A program made the position numbers and the translations under genes. DNA of 63,610 bases, filler included, from Octopus bimaculoides (lineage: Eukaryota): the NCBI RefSeq assembly GCF_001194135.2. It is 6 parts of 6 records of this genome, joined end to end, with 100 filler letters (N's around TTAATTAATTAA, not from the genome) between each part and the next. Parts side by side here need not be neighbours in the genome. Positions count along the whole stretch, not along the records: positions 13,053 to 43,451 come from NC_068994.1; 5 more parts are not named here. One strand, written 5' to 3'. This document shows positions 26,775 through 39,969 of the stretch, in pieces. Under the pieces are notes generated by a model. It was not told the origin of the DNA. It was given only the letters and a program-made list of their open reading frames with translations, and did not search any database. Within the stretch, counting starts at the first letter, position 1. Each line of letters starts with the position of its first letter.

Positions 26775-26861
26775 TATTATTATTTTATGTCTGACTTTTG
26801 CTTTGCATTTGTACAAGTTGGATCCAAGTCACACCCAGAGACCTCAAGAGACAAGTTAGAA

Positions 26862-26865
<4 letters not shown>
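26775..26865 (-). mobile_element. Severely 5'-truncated R4/Dong-like 3' end embedded in (TAA)n
   Basis: Same 3' UTR as 12602-12685; (ATT)n on both sides. Confidence 0.75.
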
Positions 26866-26908
<43 letters not shown>

Positions 26909-27606
26909 GTCGAGGCTGTGAACTTGGCAGAATCGTTAGCATGCTGGACAAAATGCTTAGTGGTATTTCGGCCATCGCTACATTCTGAATTCAGATTCTG
27001 CCGAAGTCAACTTTTCTTTTCAGGGTTGATAAATTAAGTACCAGTGAGATACTGAGGATCAGTGTAATCAACTAGTCCCCTGCCCACAAATTTCAGGCCT
27101 TGTGCCAATGAAAGAAAAGATTATCAACATTATTATTATTATTATTTAATATATCCTTTCCATTAATGCAGCTTCCCAAACACATCAGTAACTAGCAGTG
27201 GAAGTTATTGATTTCCAGAGCATAGAAGATGTGTGAGTGTACCAAACAGGCCTCTTCATTACTGTTGCTGACACTCTAAACCACAGAATGATGAGTTTCA
27301 GATATTAAAAATGTCAGCATGGAAAGTGGACATTAAATGATGACGGCATTTAACCGTTTTACGACATCTCTCCTGAAAAAGACTGCCTTATTTCAATTAA
27401 TTTTGAAAGTAATGAAGAAATTTAGTAAAATACCTTTGTCATTACAAAGCTAGAGTTTAGACTATATATCATCATCATCATCATCATTTAACATCGATTT
27501 TCCATGCTGGCATGGGTTGGACAGTTTGACAGGAACTGGCAAGCTGGAGAGCCGCACCAAGCTCTAATTGTCTGTGTTGGCATGGTTTCTATGGCTGGAT
27601 ATATAG

Positions 27607-27987
27607 GCATGGCTGTGTGGTAGGAAGCTGGCTTCCCAAGCATATGGTCCCAGGTTCAGCCCCATTGCATGGCACCTTGGACATGCGTCTACTACTATTG
27701 CCTCAGGCCAACCAAAACCTTGTGAGTGGATATGGTAGACAGAAACTGAAAGAAGCCCTTCGTATATGTGTGTGTGTGTGTGCATTTGTCCCCTACCTCT
27801 GCTGGACAATTGGTGTTGGTGTGTTTATGTCCCCGCCTTCTAGCGGTTCGGCAAAAGGGACTGATAGAATAAGTACCAGACTTTAAAAAGATAAGTCTAG
27901 GGGTTGATTTGCTTGACTAAAACTCTTCAAGGTGGTGCCCCAGTATGGCCACAGTCAAATGACTGAAACAAGCAAAAGATAAAAGAT
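27607..27987 (+). mobile_element. SINE (GCACCTTGG family)
   Basis: tRNA-like head, (TG)n internal tract, AAAAGAT tail; homologous to 52141-52555. Confidence 0.8.
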
Positions 27988-28000
27988 ATATATATATATA

Positions 28001-28396
28001 TATTCTTTTTATTCTTTTACTTGTTTCAGTCATTTGACTGCGGCCATGCTGGAGCACCACCTTTAGTCGAACAAATCGACCCCAGGACTTATTCTTTGCA
28101 AGCCTAGTACTTATTCTATCAGTCTATTTTGCTGAACCGCTAATTTACAGGGATGTAAAGGCACTAGCATCAGTTGTCAAGAGATGTTGGGAAGNNNNNN
28201 NNNNCAGACACACAAACATATGCACATATATACGACGGGCTTCTTTCAGTTTCCGTCTACCAAATCCACTCACAGGGCTTTGGTCGGCCCGAGGCTATAG
28301 TAGAAGATACTTGCCCAAGGTGCCATGCAGTGGGACTGAACCTGGAACCATGTGATTGAGAAGCCAGCTTCTTACCACACAGCCACTCCTGCGCCT
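28001..28396 (-). mobile_element. SINE (GCACCTTGG family)
   Basis: Closely similar to 52141-52555; tail-to-tail with the preceding copy. Confidence 0.85.
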
Positions 28397-28547
28397 ATAT
28401 ACAGATATGCAGCAAAAAATTAGACACATACACATACCGAAATATATACATATAACATGCACACATGCATAGTCATACATACATACACACGCACACATTG
28501 TTTGGTGACATCATCACCATCATTGTTGTCAAGATTAAGATACTGAC

Positions 28548-28682
28548 TTGCATCATTAGACACCATTCCGTCCTTGCCGTTGTCGTTCCATGCAGAGACG
28601 CACCACAGCAGGGGATCAGCTCGAAGAATTGGGTAAGTGGCAGCAAAATATTCAAAAAAATCAGGAGATATGTCAAGGTCAT
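28548..28682 (-). CDS. MGAT1: MGAT1 exon (DDLDISPDFFEYFAATYPILRADPLLWCVSAWNDNG)
   Basis: ttttccag/gtcagt flanks, 135 bp, phase 1/1; completes the metal-binding EDD motif. Confidence 0.97.
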
Positions 28683-29715
28683 CTGGAAAATCAAAGAGAA
28701 AAAGAGAGAGAGAGAGTGAGTGAGAGGGAGAATATAGAAGGAAAACTGGGAATGTCCACAGCATCACCAGCAGTATCATCAACATTATTGTCATCATCAT
28801 CATCACAACCAGCACCACTATCATAATCATCATCATCACTATCACCATCATCACTATCACAACCATCATCATCATTATCACAGTCACCGCCACTACCGCC
28901 ACCACCACCACCATCATCATACCACTACCATACATCATTAATCATTGCCATTGCAACCACCACAACCACCGAGCCCATCATGATGAACAAACAAGGAAAT
29001 CTCTACGTGGTCGCATGTTCTGCTAGAAACAGCAGCCATACAGTCCTCAAATATCTTCCTACGCCCTTGAAAAAAATTTGCAAAAATCACTCCAGATAAT
29101 GCAGTTCTAGGTGCACGACAAGATGGTCACAGCTGGAAATATCATTCCATCATAAATTTGTTCAATCAACCAGGACTGATGTGGAGTGAAGTGAAGTGGG
29201 GGGGTGGGAGTTAATTGACATCAGCACCAATAATGGCAACAACACGACCACACCCTACCATGCACATGCACACACACAAACACATACATGTATGCAAACA
29301 CATATACGTGCACACATACACACGCGAACAAACATGCATGCGCGCACACATGAACACAAATGCCTGTGCACACATAAACACAAACACATATGTACACACA
29401 CACAAATGCACACAGACACACACATGAATACATGCATGCCTGTGCACACACACACATGTACACACACGCACACAAACATGCACACAAACATATGCACACA
29501 CACACACATGAACACATGCATGCACACGAACACACACGCACACACACATGCACACGAACACATGCATGCGCACACATGTACACACACACATATGCATACA
29601 AACACATGTAAACACACACACCCATACAAACAAAAACATGCACACATGCACACGAACACAGCCATGCACGCCCACACATAGATCTTTGTACAGAGTGTCC
29701 CAGTGAAGTGCTTAC

Positions 29716-29854
29716 CTTCAACAATTATCACAGCTGAGAAATTAAGTTTCACTAATACTTGATTGATGGCCCACCTGTAGTGTCGGGCTATCTTGTAGTA
29801 ACCTTGGAATTTGGTCTGTGGCCATGGCAGGTTGATGTCACTCAAATCAGGATG
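29716..29854 (-). CDS. MGAT1: MGAT1 exon (HPDLSDI...GYYKIARHYRWAINQ...VIIVE)
   Basis: ttgcag/gtaagc flanks, 139 bp, phase 0/1. Confidence 0.97.
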
Positions 29855-30501
29855 CTGCAAAGACAAAAAAAAATGTTTGGTGATATTCATTCCGATACTC
29901 TGAACTCTGGGTTCAAATCCTGTCAAAGTCAACTTTGCCTCTCATCCAACCACACCGTGAGTGTAGAGGGTGCTTTTACGTGCCATCGACATGAGGGCTA
30001 GTCAGGTGGTATTAGCATTGACCATACTCAAATGGTACTTTTTATGTGCCACCTGCACAGGAGCCAGTCTGATGGCACTGGCAACGACCATGCTCGAATA
30101 GATGATGGATCCCCTTCGGTCAAGAATGACCATGGCATTGCACCTAGAAAGTTACCTTTTGAGGCACAAGGCCAGGTAATGTTGTTTATGGGAGACCGGC
30201 AGACGCCCATGCATATCAACCACCCCTCTCCATGCTACAGATGTCCTTCAAGGGAAAGGCAAAGGCCAATACAGCTTGGCACCAGTGATATCACAACTCA
30301 TTTCTACAGCTGAGTATCGTGAAATAAAGTGTCTTGCTCAAGAACACAACACACAACCCAGCCCAGGAATTGAACTCACTACCTCATGATTGCGAGCCCG
30401 ATGCTCTAACGACTGAGCCATGTGTCTTATATATATAAACACACATCTACACAACCTACCCATCCTCATTTCTCGACATATGCAATAAAAGACCAGCTTA
30501 C

Positions 30502-30610
30502 CTTGATGTGTGTAACTTTGTCCTTGTATCGATCAATGGTCATCGACGTCTTCACGTGTCCACAGTCCTGGCTGACCACTATAGGGAACTTGTGAGGATC
30601 CTTGCGATAT
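30502..30610 (-). CDS. MGAT1: MGAT1 exon (YRKDPHKFPIVVSQDCGHVKTSMTIDRYKDKVTHIK)
   Basis: ctgcag/gtaagc flanks, 109 bp, phase 2/0; FPIVVSQDCGH motif. Confidence 0.96.
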
Positions 30611-30904
30611 CTGCAGCAACAAAGGATAGAGAGAAGACACTAAGTACTGGAGGAATCTTTTCCAAAATAAGCATTTAACAGTATGGGTGCAAACATGGTT
30701 GGGTGGTAAGAAGTTTGCTTTCCACCCACATGGTTTCAGGTTCAGTCCCTCTGTGAGACACCTTGAACAAGTGTCTTCTATTGTAGCCCTGGGCCAACCA
30801 AAGCCTTGTGAGTGGATTTGGTGGATAGAAACTGAAAGATGACGTATGTGTATGTGTGTATATGTATGTATGTGTGTGAATATATCTATAGATATATATA
30901 TATA

Positions 30905-31232
30905 TCATCATTGTTTAATGTCCGTTTTCCATGCTGCCATGGGTTGGACGGTTTGATTGGGGACTGGCAAGCCAGGAGGCTGCACCAGTCTCTAATCTGA
31001 TCTGGCAAGGTTTCTACAGCTGGATGCCCTTCCTATCGCTAACCACTCCAGTACCGCATGACTGGCCCTCGTGCTGGTGGCACGTAAAAGCACCCACTAC
31101 ACTCTCGGAGTGGTTGGCATTAGGATGGGCATCCAGCTGTAGAAACTCTGCCAGATCAGATTGGAGCCTGGTGCAGCCATCCGGTTCACCAGTCCTCAGT
31201 CAAATCGTCCAGCTCATGCTAACTTGGGGATG
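30905..31232 (-). mobile_element. SINE (GCTGGATGCCCTTCC family)
   Basis: Homologous to 22170-22735. Confidence 0.75.
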
Positions 31233-31364
31233 ATGATGGCAGCCAACACTAATTTGTATTGAGCAAAATGAAATATTGTATTGGAATAAGAATGGAAATT
31301 TAAAGGGTGTGGAGTGGAGTGAAGGTGGGGGAGAAAAAGAAATCCCCAAATAAGGGTCACTTAC

Positions 31365-31536
31365 TTGATCAACTGATCGAGGCTACGACTGACTTGTGTA
31401 CGGTCACAGGCTATTAGTAAAACAGGCAGAACCGTTTCTTCAGGACTAGTGGTCGGAAAGTCTCGGATATGTTTTTCAAAGATATTGTTATGATTCACTT
31501 TCGAACCATTGCCATTGGACAACTGACCTTTATGAC
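31365..31536 (-). CDS. MGAT1: MGAT1 exon (stem region + VLPVLLIACDRTQVSRSLDQLI); most 5' exon identified
   Basis: ttgctag/gtaagt flanks, 172 bp, phase 1/2; PVLLIACDR matches PILVIACDR. Confidence 0.93.
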
Positions 31537-31550
31537 CTAGCAAAAAATAA

Positions 31551-31589
<39 letters not shown>

Positions 31590-31591
<2 letters not shown>

Positions 31592-31922
31592 GAGCACTCA
31601 GGGAGCGCAAACCTCTGCCAAGGCAACACCAATGTTCTCTCAATGATTAACCAGAGATGATTTTTAAAATGAGAATATCTGAAATAGACCCGACCACTCT
31701 CAAAAATTAAGTAAAAAAAACAGGAAAAATAATCCAGGATCCTTGTCTGGTACCGGATTGATCCCAAAATCTAAACAGTTCATGCCAGTCATGAGGCCAA
31801 ACATCCCTGAAAGTTTCATCTGGATCCATCCAGCGGTTCTTGAGATATCTTGTCCACAGACAAAGAAACAAACAAACATGACTGAAAACAATATCTCTGC
31901 CTTCGCTGAGGCAGAGGTAATG
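31590..31922. mobile_element. Unclassified interspersed repeat next to (TAA)n with a terminal hairpin
   Basis: Starts AGAGCACTCAG directly after (AAT)n; ends with the hairpin CTCTGCCT-tcgctg-AGGCAGAG. Confidence 0.45.
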
Positions 31923-34900
31923 AATAAATAAATAAACACAAGAGAAGAAAGAGACGAAGATGGAAGTCAGAGGTTAGCTTAGAATTAGAATATTTCTGGG
32001 AAGGTGAATAAAGAAAAGTCGTAAGAAAGATTGGTTGGCGCGCTGGATGGATGGGTGAATAGAAAAAAGCCTTTTGGAATCAAATACAAGCAACCATCAT
32101 CATCATCATCATCATCATTTCAGTGTCTACTTTTCAGTGCACCTGAGGGTCTGACAGTGTTCATTGAGGTACACTTTCTGTGGCTGGCTGCTTTTCTGGT
32201 AGTGTTGGTCGCTATAATGAAGTTAGTGGTGATGGCCACAGTGGTGACAGTAGGGATGATGCGGCAGTGGTGGTGGTAATAGTTTAGTTAGTCACTATAG
32301 TTAACAACCTTACATTACCGATAGTGTGATGGTGGTGGTGGTGGTGGTGATGTTGGGAGCGATTGTAAAAGGAAATGTTAGCGATGGCCGTTGTTGTTTA
32401 GCCCCAGTCTAACAGCCCCTCATGAGCCGACCTATGATCAAAAGCTTCCCAGCCATGACCATCCCATCTATTTAAGGGTTTCCTGGATTATATAACCCAA
32501 AGTTTTTTTTTTCCTTATTTTTAAGACGGTAGGATGGTGTTCGAGGGATCTTTGGCTGTTGTTTTTGAACAAGCTGAGCGACCATACAGCAGGTTCCTCA
32601 TCAGCTCTTTGATGATGTTCCAAATATAGGTGGTGGTGGTGGTAGTGGTAAGGCGGTAGTAGTAGTGGTGATNNNNNNNNNNNNNNNNNNNNNNNNTGGT
32701 GGTAGTGGTAAGGCAGTAGTAGTAGTGGTGATGGCGGTAGTCGTGGTGGTATGGTGGTAGTAATAGTGGCAATAGTAGTGGTGGTGGTAGTAGTGGTGGT
32801 GGTGGTGGTAGTGGTAAGGCGGTAGTAGTAGTGGTGATCGTGGTGGTATGGTGGTAGTGGCGATGGTAGTGGTGATGGTGGTGGTGGTGTTACAATAGGT
32901 AGCATGTGATGGGACAACTACAATGGTTGCTATTGGTGATGATGACAATAATAGCAATGGGACTGCTGCTGATTTCCAATGATACAACAACAACAAGAAG
33001 AAGAGCAATGACAAAGTTCCAACAGCAAGCATCATTAATCTTTAAATGCTTGTACACAGATATAATTTCTTAAACATGTTTATTTCTGAAAGACAAGATC
33101 TTTAATCGTAAAATGTATATATATAATAAAACAAAGAAAAAAAAAAAAACAACAACAACAACAGCAACAAAAAAACAGACAGACAGACAGAGAGCAATAT
33201 AACCAAAACTACATAAATAAATAGATTGAAGAAGAAGAAGAAGAAGAAGATGACGACGACGACGAAGAAATATGGAAAAAAGAACCAAAAGATAAAAGGC
33301 CAAAACAAAATTAAAAAAAAATTTTTTTAAAAAGCATAAAGAAAAAAAAAACAGAATCAGACTAAACATTGGTGATATCTTCTTCGTGGAGTTAAAAATG
33401 TCAGAGAGATCAAGCGAGGATTATGTTAAGATGTCCAACTTTAAAAGGATTGATTCAGTTTATCCTGCATTTGGCAAGATTGGATTTCATTTCCCCAACA
33501 GCTGACACACATAAATGTACATAAACATGTCATCAGAATATTTGTATGTTGGTATGTATGTATGCATGCATACATTCATTATGCATGTATATGTTATACA
33601 TGTATGTATGTATTATACATGTATTATTATGTTACATATATACGTTATTATTATTCTTATTATATATATATATGTTATTACCATTATATAATATAGACAT
33701 ACATTCATATATACAAATGCATAGATTGGCTTATATGCGTGTGTACATGTGTCTTGGTTTTAGAATGATGCATCGTCTTCTTTCATGCTGTAAGACTTGA
33801 CTAAAAGAGTTGACAACAGGAAGAGCATTCAGCCATAAGACACAACCTAAAGGAACTCGAAAATCCTCTTCCGACTCATGCTAACGAGGAAGAGCAGAAG
33901 TAAAACAATGGAGAAGTTGTTTTCCTTTTCTTTTTACTTGTTTCCAGTCATCAGACTGTGCCCATGCTGGAGCATCGCCTTGAAGAAATTTAGTTGAAGG
34001 AACCTTGTCAACCTTCTCAGTTAAAGAAATGGTCATAAAGAATGTTTACAAGTCCATATGATAAGCTGTACCGGCAATTCAAAGGACCAACCACATCACA
34101 TACTGTGCCTGGATGATTCTGCCAAGGGGTTAGATTAGGGGTACATGTCACCCGTGGAACATTCAACCACATACACACTGAGCAGGCAGTTCAGCTGATT
34201 AAGCTACTGGAATATCCACCATCAAAACCAACAGAGAACCATTTATAAACAATAGTCGCAAGTGTGGCTGTGTAGCAGGAAGTTTGCTTCCCAATCAAAT
34301 TACTTCAAGTTCAATCCCACTGTGTGACACCTTGGACATGAGCTTTTTGCTTGTCTCTGATGGACCGATGCTTTGTGAGAGGATTTGGTAGATGGAAACT
34401 GAAAGAAGCCTATAGTGCAGACACAGACATGCACATGCATACATACACATACACACACATAAAAATCATTACTTTTGTCCTTTTTAAAAGAAATGAGATA
34501 CAAATGTAGTATCTGAACAGAAACCGATATTTCCATGAAAAGGAGCGCTGGATGGTAGAGGAGAGGGGTGGGGCAGGAGGAATGTAACAACAGCAAAGAC
34601 TTCTTGGAGTTTCTGGACTAAATGAAATGTGTTCAGCATTTTATTTCCTTCTTCTAGGTTAGCAGGTTCAAATCCCATCAGACTTGACTCAGCCTTTCAT
34701 CCTTCTGTAGAGGAGGAGGAAGAAGTTTAATAAAATCAAGACCTCGTTTAGATTTAAAGCTAGCAATTAATTCTTATCTGAATCAAAAAACTCAAGAGAT
34801 ATAAAAAAAACAAAACAAAAAAAAAACAACCTTATCTCTCTAGTTTCCATAAAATTAAGCAGTCAGACCACAGAATGGTGACTACTCGTCTATCAAAACA

Positions 34901-36133
34901 GCATTTTGTTGCTTCAATTGAGGAACCCGAACACAACACTGCAAGCCAATGAAATAATCAGAAATACTCACTGAACAAACACTCAGCTCTTTCAAACCAT
35001 CCCAGTCCTCCTAGCTGATAGCAGATAGCACAAAAGAGGAACAACTCAGTGTTGTATACAGTGGGAGCACTATAAACTTAAATGGTTTGTTGGCTTGACT
35101 GTGTTCAGTAGCTTCTGGGTGTACATGACCTGGAGCCCGAAGAAGATAAAGGGCTCTGCTAGAGCAATTTACTCATCATATATTGTAACTATGGTTTGGC
35201 CTTCAGCATACATACCCCTATGAATCACAGGTTTTTGTTATTTTAGTTAGATATGGCATGTCAGACAGTAAAAATACCTTTAGGTAATGACATCAATTAG
35301 CAGGAGTAGCAGTATGCAAAATTTATTTTAACCCCTTTGATACCCAAATCTATCCAAACCCACCTTTGGTTCGACAAAAAAAAAAAATCTCTCATCGTGA
35401 AGTGTTTGTATTTAAATTAAAACATTGTATCATGATGTTATGAAAGAGTCTTTTGTCAATGTTACAAACAACAGCGCAATACAGAAATAAACACAAACAA
35501 AAGAAAAAAAAAAAGTTAATTATTTTACTAAGTCCCTTGAAATTCTTTTATTAGTTGCAAAATTAATTGAAAAAACATAATCAGTGTATTTCATCAGAAA
35601 TTATTGTCACAAAAGGGCTATTTGGAAAACATTCAGCTGGCGATAGAATTAAAATGCTATTTTTCTAAGCATGTATTGAAACAGTTCTGTTCGATAGTAG
35701 AAAGGCCTGGACAATAAGAGAAAACACTACAAGAGGAGATAAACACTGGGCATTGCTCTCTTTTCACAATTTACACTTGGAGTTTATTTTCCGCACAAAG
35801 AACAAACAATGAACGGTTAATTGCAAGAACACAGACTTTTTCAGCTGATAGCATTTTACATTTAAAGAGATTAATTTTGATTTCACATGCTTGAGAAAAA
35901 TCAAATATACTACCAATCACACTTTTGAATCAGCAAAATCAAGCTACAGAGCCTTAATGTAGTGACGGTGGTGGTGGTGGTGGTGGTGATGGGGTTTGCA
36001 AGGGACACAAATTTTACAAATTAATGAAGGTCTAGCCCAAATGCATTATCAAAGGTAGAGGCTGCCGACTTCAGCTAGTGTTAGGAACATAAATTGTGAC
36101 TAAGGTTTGGTGGAAGATTTTAATTCAAAACTT

Positions 36134-36391
36134 ATGGGACAAAAACGCAAATCCTCCAGACAGTTAGATGATACAAAAAAGGGACAAGAAAAACAAGGAC
36201 CTGTCATTCGGAGTTTTCTTTCCTCAGTCGAGTTCCAGATTATCTTTGCAATCTCGAGTATAACCAGCCGAAATTGCAAAGATAATCTGGAACTAGACTG
36301 AGGAAAGAAAACTCCGGATGACAGGTCCTTGTTTCTCTTGTCCCTTTTTTGTATCATCAAACTGTCTGGATGTTTTGCGTTCTTGTCCCAT
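36134..36391. repeat. Fold-back inverted repeat (about 123-bp arms, 12-nt loop)
   Basis: 36134-36256 is the reverse complement of 36269-36391 with scattered mismatches. Confidence 0.92.
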
Positions 36392-36843
36392 TTCTTGCAT
36401 TCCTTTTATATACATATGGCGGCGTATGTACACTTTGGTCTCTTATACATATATATATATACATACATACATGTATACATACATAAATATATTTATATAT
36501 ATATATACACACACATACAAATATATATACACACACACATACATACCTATATATAGACGTATTGGTTGGCACAAAGGACGTCCAACCTTAAAACCATTTG
36601 CATTATGCTCTGGTGCACACACATGCCCCGGTGCACACACTTCGCCACTTTACAGTGGTTGCTATAGTGAGAGATGCAGCTGCAATGAACCGGCTTAACC
36701 CATGAATCTGCACGCATGCATGCAAATTCAGGCATTTAATCAAACAATGATATATACGTGGTATATGGGGGGGGGCATATATTAAACATACAATTATGCA
36801 TATATGCACAGTCTATGTGCAAGTGCACACGTGTGTATAGTAT

Positions 36844-36893
<50 letters not shown>

Positions 36894-37053
36894 CATATAC
36901 GTACATGTGCAAACATAGGCAGAGACATGCATATGATATATCTAAATGTACGTGTGTGTATAAATATGCATATGTGTACGTATAAAAACACAATTTAATG
37001 CATAATATGCACATACACCAATTAATCTTTCACACTCATTTGAACAAACATCT

Positions 37054-37098
<45 letters not shown>

Positions 37099-37780
37099 AC
37101 ATATAAACATACACCCATATTTATGCATATACAAACACACACATTACGACGTACATATATATATAAATCATACATATAAATGTATACATATATGTATATA
37201 TATACATACACATATATATACAAACACATATATATATATATTTGCATATATATATATACACACATACACATATAATCATATACATATATATATATATACA
37301 CATACATTTATTTTAAAATATATAAATACATATATAGATACATATCTATAAATTTGGATAAATATACATATATGCCTGCATACACACACACACACACACA
37401 TCTATTTATATACACACAAATTATAAATTTCAAATTCTTATCTATAAGTATGCACACACACACACACTATACATGCACAGCTAATTTTCAACATCATTTA
37501 CACTGAAATTTAAGAATCTATTTCCTTATTTGCTTCACTCGCTTCATCCTTGACTACCACTGAGTAGACACCACCACCACCACCACCACCACACCAGCCC
37601 CACCGCCCACTGTTACAAGAAGGCTACTACTGGCACCATCAGACCCACTACAGCCCATATTATAACCACCACCACCGCCACCACCATAGCCATTTACTTT
37701 ACATCACCACAACAATCAGCATGGCACGGCTGTCATTACTTATGTATGTAGAGGTGTTTGGAATTCATAATTTGTGTGTA

Positions 37781-37815
<35 letters not shown>

Positions 37816-38078
37816 ATATATGTATGAGCGAATGAGTATGTGTGTGTGTGTNNNNNNNNNNNNNNNNNNNNNNNNNNNNNNNNNNNNNNNNNNNNNNNNN
37901 NNNNNNNNNNNNNNNNNNNNNNNNNNNNNNNNNNNNNNNNNNNNNNNNNNNNNNNNNNNNNNNNNNNNNNNNNNNNNNNNNNNNNNNNNNNNNNNNNNNN
38001 NNNNNNNNNNNNNNNNNNNNNNNNNNNNNNNNNNNNNNNNNAGAGAGAGAGAGAGAGAGAGAGATACGTATACACACA

Positions 38079-38288
38079 AGAGGGGGTATTGAAAAGTTCC
38101 TGGCTTCAAGGGTATCACAAAAAGCCTGGTTGGAGGTCCAACCTTCCGAGTTCCTTTTACAGGGCTTAGAAAAACTGAAGGACCACTGCAATAAGTGTGT
38201 GAATCTGGAATATGTTGAATAAAATCATAGTTATCTGCCTGTATTTTCTTTTACCCAAAGCCATGGAACTTTTCAGCAACCCCTTCTA
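38079..38288. mobile_element. Mariner-derived MITE
   Basis: Imperfect TIRs GAGGGGGTATTGAAAAGTTCCTGGCTT / AAAGCCATGGAACTTTTCAGCAACCCCCTTC; interior resembles a mariner transposase 3' end. Confidence 0.75.
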
Positions 38289-38696
38289 TTTGCTATGTAT
38301 ATATGTATATATTATATATATAGTATATATACAGAAATATATATGTATGTATATATATATATATTTATATGTATGTGTATATATATAGTGGTGCCCTTAA
38401 TTATAATTACATATATATATACATATATATCTAATGTATGTAGTTATATGTATGTGTGTGTGTATGTATACACACACTCAACACACACTCAACACACACA
38501 CATATATATCTCACACTACTACCACCAGTGCCAAATGCCAAACACCACAGCTACAATCGTTATAACAGTTTATTCATCAACACTATTACTACCACCTCTA
38601 CCACTACTGCCATCACCACCAGCACCAACACCACAACTAACACTGCCACTACCATCACCCACATTAACACTTCAACTACCACTATTACACTGACAT

Positions 38697-38749
<53 letters not shown>

Positions 38750-39969
38750 TTCTACCACCACCACTACCATCACAGCCACCATTACACCACCAACTACCAT
38801 TATACCAACACCACCACAACATTACCTTATTAACTACACGATATTACCACCACCACTACCGCTACCAACACCATTATTACACCAACTTCACCACTACAAC
38901 ATTACCCGGTTGGCACTACCACAACTACGCACATATCCACCACCACAATGATCACTATTACATGGATATTAACACCACCACCACCACCACCACAACAACA
39001 ACAACTATACACCAACAGTAACACCACCACCTTCACCACGATGATCACTATTACACCAACATTAACATCACCACTACCACCACAACAACAAACACCATAC
39101 ACCAACATTAACGCCACCACCACAACCACAACTATCACCATTACACCAACNNNNNNNNNNNNNNNNNNNNNNNNNNNNNNNNNNNNNNNNNNNNNNNNNN
39201 NNNNNNNNNNNNNNNNNNNNNNNNNNNNNNNNNNNNNNNNNNNNNNNNNNNNNNNNNNNNNNNNNNNNNNNNNNNNNNNNNNNNNNNNNNNNNNNNNNNN
39301 NNNNNNNNNNNNNNNNNNNNNNNNNNNNNNNNNNNNNNNNNNNNNNNNNNNNNNNNNNNNNNNNNNNNNNNNNNNNNNNNNNNNNNNNNNNNNNNNNNNN
39401 NNNNNNNNNNNNNNNNNNNNNNNNNNNNNNNNNNNNNNNNNNNNNNNNNNNNNNNNNNNNNNNNNNNNNNNNNNNNNNNNNNNNNNNNNNNTGCAGCTCC
39501 CATCAACCCATACCATTCCACCAGGCTTCCTTTCATTTCAATCTTTATGCTAGAATTAAGGCAACAGATTACTGCAATGATGATGATGGTTGTAGTGGTG
39601 GTGGTGGTGGTGGTGGTGGTGGTGGTGGTAGTTGATGTTGTTCTTGTACTTAAGGCTATTGTTTCTCTTTGTGCTCCTGTTCATGTTGTAGTGGAACACC
39701 ACCACCACCAACACCACCAACAACACCACCACCACCAGCAAAATCATCATCATCACCACTGCCACCACAGCGCAATCACCATTACCACCGCCACCGCCAC
39801 CATTATTACCACCACAATCACCACTAATACCGCCACCACCACCACCAATACTATCACCACCACCACCGGCCCCACTAACACTATTACCATCATTATCAAA
39901 TTGTCACTATTGTATTAATTGTTACCATAGCAACCGCATAAGCATCGACAACAAGTGAGAACATTTCTA

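Noticed and set aside
29200-29700. His/Thr- and Cys/Val-rich overlapping ORFs
   Set aside because: Translations of a degenerate (CACATG)n repeat in an MGAT1 intron.
32601-33078. Hydrophobic MMLAVGTLSLLFFLLLLYHWKS ORF as the missing MGAT1 transmembrane exon
   Set aside because: The upstream in-frame MFKKLY start is cut by TAA, only a weak donor is available, and it runs into low-complexity repeats; not supportable without transcripts.
35120-35170. SECIS-like ATGA...GAGCCC/GGGCTC hairpin on the plus strand
   Set aside because: Geometry is poor and there is no selenoprotein CDS nearby.
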